DNA of 64,000 nucleotides from Candidatus Babeliales bacterium (GTDB lineage Bacteria; Babelota; Babeliae; Babelales; JBFXEV01): NCBI GenBank assembly GCA_050179755.1, contig JBFXEV010000001.1, positions 969,994 to 1,033,993 of the forward strand, read 5' to 3'. Shown piece by piece: positions 59,311 to 64,000 of this stretch (position 1 is its first letter; each line of letters starts with the position of its first letter). The notes under the pieces were generated by a model. It saw only the letters and a program-made list of their open reading frames with translations, ran no database searches and was not told where the DNA came from. The position numbers and the translations under genes were made by a program.

Positions 59311-59850
59311 TTACTTTGAATGTTCAATTAAGTATTTATATTCAGATGGGGTTATGCCCTTCAGAACAAAGGAGCAAATATTTAAATCAATATCCGTAAG
59401 AACACCAAAATTATTATTCATTATACATAAAACTGGCTTTGGCATAGTGGCTATTGAGATTTTCAATGCATCATTATAAACATCCACTTTACAAGCTTCT
59501 GTCATTGTATAATTAAAGCCATCATCAAGGTATGGCCTTCTTATTAATTGATTAATATCTTTAATTTTTAGTGCAATGGTGCTATTATTATAAGGAAGTT
59601 CTGCAAGTGAAATATTGCCTTTTATAAAATTATATTTTTTATTGCAAAGAAGAGTGATGCTAACTAATTCCCCAAATTCTTTTCCAATTTGAAAATACAT
59701 ATAATAATCTTGAGTACGATATTCAACTCGATTATGCGTATTTGAATATATGTCATATTCAAATGTTATATTCATGGGTATATATTCATCAATTAGTCTT
59801 TTTACATTAATGACTTTATTGGTAGCGAATTGAAAAAATAGGTCATTCAT
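59311..59850 (-). CDS. Putative cognate immunity protein
   Basis: Starts 2 nt after the toxin stop; cytoplasmic, aromatic-rich, 179 aa. Confidence 0.6.
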   Translation of the reverse strand: MNDLFFQFATNKVINVKRLIDEYIPMNITFEYDIYSNTHNRVEYRTQDYYMYFQIGKEFGELVSITLLCNKKYNFIKGNISLAELPYNNSTIALKIKDINQLIRRPYLDDGFNYTMTEACKVDVYNDALKISIATMPKPVLCIMNNNFGVLTDIDLNICSFVLKGITPSEYKYLIEHSK

Positions 59851-59852
59851 AA

Positions 59853-61610
59853 TTATTTCTTCTTAAAAGCATGGAAAAGGGCTGGATGTCCATCTTCAAC
59901 TCGCGGATAGCCGAATATTAATTCCCAAGAATTTATAATTATTAATTTCCCGTATTCTATACCCGAATCAGATTTTATTGCTTCCTGAATTGCTTCATAA
60001 AAATCATTAAGTAGTAATTCATGTGACAGTTTATATTCTTTTGCAGGAATATCCCAAGGGGATCTTTGCGGATCCATATATGGCCTGTCATTTTTACGTG
60101 GACTAGTATTTTCCATAATATGTTCGGATGCATTTGGGCTTACCCAGATTAATTGCCCATCAACATTAATTACAAATGATTTCGGTATTAGAGAATGTGG
60201 ATTATAAAGTTCTTGAGTAGGAGTAATTTTTAACCAAATTTTTTCAGGATTTTGATTGCTCAACGCTTGGATTATAGCTATAGTTTCTTCGAGAGTGATT
60301 TCAGGATTCGTTTTTATAGGAAAGCCAATATTAGTTTTATCTGTTTGATGATTTGAGTCTTCTGAATAATTATAGCTACGTTCATCAATTCTTTTGCTAT
60401 GGTTCCTAGAATCATTAACTCGCTTTATATGTGCATTATTAATTTGATTTTTGTCAGATACTTCTAATTGACTTAAATCAAATTTTGTGGGATTTTTGCT
60501 CCAGTTACATGAAGTTATTGGCTCAGCTATAGGTTGTAAGCCCGTGCCACAAGTATAACTTTCTCCGTCATTTATTTCTTGGGTGTAAGTAGGGTTATTT
60601 GCATTAATATCTTCAAATGATGGCATTCTTAAAGTTGTACCGCAAAAGCGCTCTTCGCTTTTTCTAGATTCTTGAAGACATGATGGGATATTGTCGTCAA
60701 GGCCCTGCGGTGCAGGCAATAATCCAGTTCCGCAACCAATAACATTAACGTCGTCAAATTTTGGAATAGGAAATGATCTAGTGTCATGTACGCTAGGTGG
60801 CCTTGGTAATTTCTTATGATCATAATGAGTTAGTTGGCTTTTTGTTGATTGCGGGTCATGAGCAAATACAGCGTTAGAACTATTATTTTCATTACCCAAA
60901 TACCCACGAACACTAGAATCTTTATTTGTTTCAAAGACACTACCTTTGCAATGCCCTGGAGAATTCAAAAGAGGATTAATTGAATCAAAGAGGTTAGAAT
61001 TAGAAATATCTAAATTCATATCTGTTGTGGCATGCGTATTTTTTGCTACAAAGTCATAAACCAAATATGTTGCCGCACCAACAGCAACTGCCTTTAAAAT
61101 CGGCATGACTCCAAGAGTTATTGGTATTACAATCATAAAATTATGAGCAACTATACCGCTGGGTGTGACACAAAATGTATGTGGCGCTTCAAGAGTAAGA
61201 TCATAGATAACAGCGTTTATATGCACTTGATTCACATTTTTGACCACAATCTGTTGCTTATAACAACTTTGTAATATTGTCTCAGGTATTAGATCAGGCG
61301 CGCAGCGCCACGCTTTTTCAATAGGTAAAAAAAATGATTGTTGGGTATCGGTAAGTATATGATTAGCATTTGTTTGAATATGAATAAGAGTAGAAACTTC
61401 GTGACAAGTGATCTCAATTATTGTTCGTAATGCAAACTCATTTGTAGACTCATCAAAGCAATAAACCTCATCATTAATTTGAAGTGCTTCTATTGGAATA
61501 AATCCATGTAACGTTTTGACTAATGTGCCTTCGACAAAACCTGCTTGCAAACATGCAAATTTAAGAAATACTATATAAGCAAATACGAAAGAAATTTTGT
61601 GCGATGACAT
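59853..61610 (-). CDS. Signal peptide + Hint domain + putative C-terminal polymorphic toxin
   Basis: LQA|GFVEGTLV...IPIEAL..NDEV...IYDLTL..HTF...VAHN; hydrophobic segment; compact C-terminal domain. Confidence 0.82.
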   Translation of the reverse strand: MSSHKISFVFAYIVFLKFACLQAGFVEGTLVKTLHGFIPIEALQINDEVYCFDESTNEFALRTIIEITCHEVSTLIHIQTNANHILTDTQQSFFLPIEKAWRCAPDLIPETILQSCYKQQIVVKNVNQVHINAVIYDLTLEAPHTFCVTPSGIVAHNFMIVIPITLGVMPILKAVAVGAATYLVYDFVAKNTHATTDMNLDISNSNLFDSINPLLNSPGHCKGSVFETNKDSSVRGYLGNENNSSNAVFAHDPQSTKSQLTHYDHKKLPRPPSVHDTRSFPIPKFDDVNVIGCGTGLLPAPQGLDDNIPSCLQESRKSEERFCGTTLRMPSFEDINANNPTYTQEINDGESYTCGTGLQPIAEPITSCNWSKNPTKFDLSQLEVSDKNQINNAHIKRVNDSRNHSKRIDERSYNYSEDSNHQTDKTNIGFPIKTNPEITLEETIAIIQALSNQNPEKIWLKITPTQELYNPHSLIPKSFVINVDGQLIWVSPNASEHIMENTSPRKNDRPYMDPQRSPWDIPAKEYKLSHELLLNDFYEAIQEAIKSDSGIEYGKLIIINSWELIFGYPRVEDGHPALFHAFKKK

Positions 61611-61733
61611 AATTGAACCTTTTTTAAGTTACAATTTCTTTGCCTCAGAACTGTTCATTTTTTTGATCAGAACAATTGTATCGCATTTCTCAAAACTAGC
61701 AAGTTCATATCTTTAGTATTTCACCTGGCAAAT

Positions 61734-62801
61734 TTATTTTTGTTCAAATAACTGAATATAGTCTCCATAACCTTCTTTTTGTAGATCTTCTACCGGCACA
61801 AAACGCAGTGCTGCAGAATTCATGCAATAGCGAAGACCTGTTGGCAAGGGGCCATCAGTAAAAACGTGCCCCAAATGTGAGTCAGCTTGTTTACTACGAA
61901 CTTCTGTGCGTGTCATAAACCAGCCGCGGTCTTCTCGCTCAATCACCGCATCGGGCGCAATTGGTTTGGTAAAACTTGGCCAGCCAGTTTTTGCGTCATA
62001 CTTATCTGTTGAACTAAAAAGCGGCTCGCCAGAAACAATATCCACATAAATGCCTGGCGCATTGTTATCCCAGTATATATTGTTGTGCGCAGGCTCGGTG
62101 CCATTTTCTTGGGTTACACTATATTGCAATGGCGTGAGAATTTTTTTGAGTTCTTCTTGAGACGGTTTTTTAAATGTACCCATTTTCTTGGCCCATGCTT
62201 TTTCTATGAATGTATCTCGCCCTGAAAGATAGCGAAACGTTTTATAACGTATTGGATTTTTTTTGTAATAATCTTGGTGATAGTCTTCTGCTGCATAAAA
62301 CTGGGTTGCAGGTAAAATTTCAGTGGCAATTGGTTTATCAAAGCGGCCTGAACTGTTGAGTGTTATTTTTGAATTTTCAGCTTCTCTTTTTTGTTCATCA
62401 GTATGATAAAAAATTGCAGAGCGGTATTGAGGGCCGCGGTCATTAAATTGGCCATCAGCATCGGTGGGGTTAATGTTATGCCAAAACGTATCAAGTAATT
62501 TGCTGTATGAGACCACTTTTGGATCATAGATTACGTGCACTACTTCCACATGCCCTTTTTGAGCGTAATCTTGATAGGTTGGGTTTGCTCCTGCACCACC
62601 CATGTACCCAGATTGCACACTGTGCACGCCTGCAAGTTTTTCAAAAGGCGGCTCCATGCACCAAAAACATCCGCCTGCAAATGTTGCTTGTTCTGTTGCC
62701 ATAGTAGCCCCCTTGGAAGAATCACGTTTAGTACGCGAAGCATAATGATAGAGAAAAAGAAACATAATGAGGCCAAGAAGTATAAGAAATTTTTTTGTCA
62801 T
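61734..62801 (-). CDS. msrAB: Fused peptide methionine sulfoxide reductase MsrA/MsrB with N-terminal anchor
   Basis: [37 protein letters not shown] 62801 after GGAG. Confidence 0.96.
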   Translation of the reverse strand: MTKKFLILLGLIMFLFLYHYASRTKRDSSKGATMATEQATFAGGCFWCMEPPFEKLAGVHSVQSGYMGGAGANPTYQDYAQKGHVEVVHVIYDPKVVSYSKLLDTFWHNINPTDADGQFNDRGPQYRSAIFYHTDEQKREAENSKITLNSSGRFDKPIATEILPATQFYAAEDYHQDYYKKNPIRYKTFRYLSGRDTFIEKAWAKKMGTFKKPSQEELKKILTPLQYSVTQENGTEPAHNNIYWDNNAPGIYVDIVSGEPLFSSTDKYDAKTGWPSFTKPIAPDAVIEREDRGWFMTRTEVRSKQADSHLGHVFTDGPLPTGLRYCMNSAALRFVPVEDLQKEGYGDYIQLFEQK

Positions 62802-62869
62802 TACATTCTCCTTTTGCATGTACACTTTCAGCGTAGCATAAACTCAGATGCAAAATAAATAAACTGCTT

Positions 62870-63784
62870 TTAGTGAGCGTACGCGTAGCGTGTCTCCAAA
62901 TAACTGCATACGTTATCAAGAGTAGCCTGTAAGAGCGAGCTTTGCAGTTCAGTACTGTTTTCACGATCTCCGCCAAAAAGAGAAAGCAACGAGCTTTTTG
63001 GTTCCGGTTTGACCCATTCAATTTCACCTACTACGATTGCCATTTCCTTTATCTTACGCACAGCATCTGATTGTGAGCCAATTTCATCAATTAAGCCTAA
63101 TTTAAAAGCTTGGTTGCCGGTAAATATTTTGCCGTTTGCCCATTCGCTTGCTTTTTCTTTAGAAAGCTTATGCCGTTGCTTTGCCACATGTTCTATAAAG
63201 TTTTGGTAACTATCGTCTGAAAGGTCTTGCAGCATGGCAAGCTGCTCTGGTGTGGTTTCTATAAATGGATCAGTGCTGTTTTTATAGTCCCCGGAGCTTA
63301 GGTCTTTGTACTCAATATTATGATATTTAAGCAGCTTATCAAATCTAAATTGATAGGGAATTGTTGATCCAATAGAGCCCACAAAGGTAGAGGGTGCTGC
63401 AATGATATAATCGGTACTTGAGGCAATGTAATAAGCACCTGAGGTGCAAATATTTTCACAAAGGGTTATGATGGGCTTTGGGTATTCTTTCTTTAAAAGT
63501 TCAATTTCATGGGCGATAATTTCCCCCGTTGCAGCGGCGCTGCCTGGGCATTCTACACGCAAAAGAATTGCTTTAATTTCGTTATCTTTAAAATATTTGC
63601 GCAGATAGTGCACATAATCAGTGGAATCATAGAGCACGCCTTTGAGCGGCAGGTAGGCAATCTTGGTTTGCGGCTCAAGCATGTTGGTATAGTTTTTCAT
63701 GAAACTTTTAATGATAGGCGGGGCGATTTGCAGGAGTACCAGAAGAAAAAAGAGCGCTTTTAAATAATCAGTAAATTTTGCCAT
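62870..63784 (-). CDS. sppA: Signal peptide peptidase SppA (S49, short form)
   Basis: CPG, SGAYYIAS, VGSIG, GDYK, GLIDEIG. Confidence 0.92.
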   Translation of the reverse strand: MAKFTDYLKALFFLLVLLQIAPPIIKSFMKNYTNMLEPQTKIAYLPLKGVLYDSTDYVHYLRKYFKDNEIKAILLRVECPGSAAATGEIIAHEIELLKKEYPKPIITLCENICTSGAYYIASSTDYIIAAPSTFVGSIGSTIPYQFRFDKLLKYHNIEYKDLSSGDYKNSTDPFIETTPEQLAMLQDLSDDSYQNFIEHVAKQRHKLSKEKASEWANGKIFTGNQAFKLGLIDEIGSQSDAVRKIKEMAIVVGEIEWVKPEPKSSLLSLFGGDRENSTELQSSLLQATLDNVCSYLETRYAYAH

Positions 63785-63885
63785 AATACGTCCTATGTTT
63801 TTGTAGCCAGAGCATTTTTTTCTTAGTATACTAAAATCCTGTAAAAATAATCTGCAAAATGGGCGAGAAAAGTTTGATTTTTTCT

Positions 63886-63914
63886 TTGACTTTTAGGCAA
63901 ATTACCATTACAAT
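63886..63914 (+). promoter_or_regulatory. Sigma70 promoter for tRNA-Val
   Basis: TTGACT-N17-TACAAT. Confidence 0.65.
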
Positions 63915-63940
63915 TTCTTGCATCTAGTTATTGAAATAGC

Positions 63941-64000
63941 GGGCGGTTAGCTCAGTTGGTAGAGCATCAGTCTTACAAACTGGGGGTCACAGGTTCGAGC
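63941..64000 (+). tRNA. tRNA-Val (TAC), truncated by window end
   Basis: GGGCGGTTAGCTCAGTTGGTAGAGC, loop CTTACAA, GGTTCGA. Confidence 0.9.

Larger units (their letters stand above)
58754..61902 (-). mobile_element. AT-rich toxin/immunity islet bracketed by duplicated msrB 3' ends
   Basis: About 165-bp imperfect direct repeats with a 48-bp identical core (58802-58849 = 61785-61832); no integrase seen. Confidence 0.7.

Noticed and set aside
207..63763. Numerous antisense and alternate-frame ORFs in the track
   Set aside because: They shadow well-supported genes and have no recognisable motifs
1..64000. CRISPR array, prophage, integrase or transposase
   Set aside because: No regularly spaced repeats and no such genes seen

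Overview
Bacterial chromosomal window (genetic code 11). I infer Candidatus Dependentiae/Babeliae (TM6, protist endoparasites) from the missing L30, an archaeal/eukaryotic-type ATP-dependent ligase, ankyrin proteins and many orphan signal-peptide proteins. Positions 1-9831 hold the spc/alpha ribosomal cluster (rplN to rplQ, with secY, adk, map, infA). Housekeeping genes follow (sbcC, pmm, nfo, gap, rnhA, tatD, hup, serS, secD, pgsA, rsmG, gatCA, prs, ku-ligD, dusB, mreC, msrAB, sppA) with four tRNAs, interleaved with clusters of secreted effector-like proteins. Most notable: (1) a signal peptide + Hint + toxin-tip/immunity cassette bracketed by a duplicated msrB 3' end; (2) 14 secreted proteins whose predicted mature N-terminus is Met, mostly Met-Asp/Glu, some carrying CPI-, WH2- or RVxF-like host motifs; (3) a tRNA-Leu with an AAG anticodon; (4) a GAPDH with a signal-peptide-like extension; (5) an array of small secreted paralogues with a secreted kinase; (6) an unidentified structured RNA and nested palindromic repeats. 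All calls come from reading the sequence; no searches were run.
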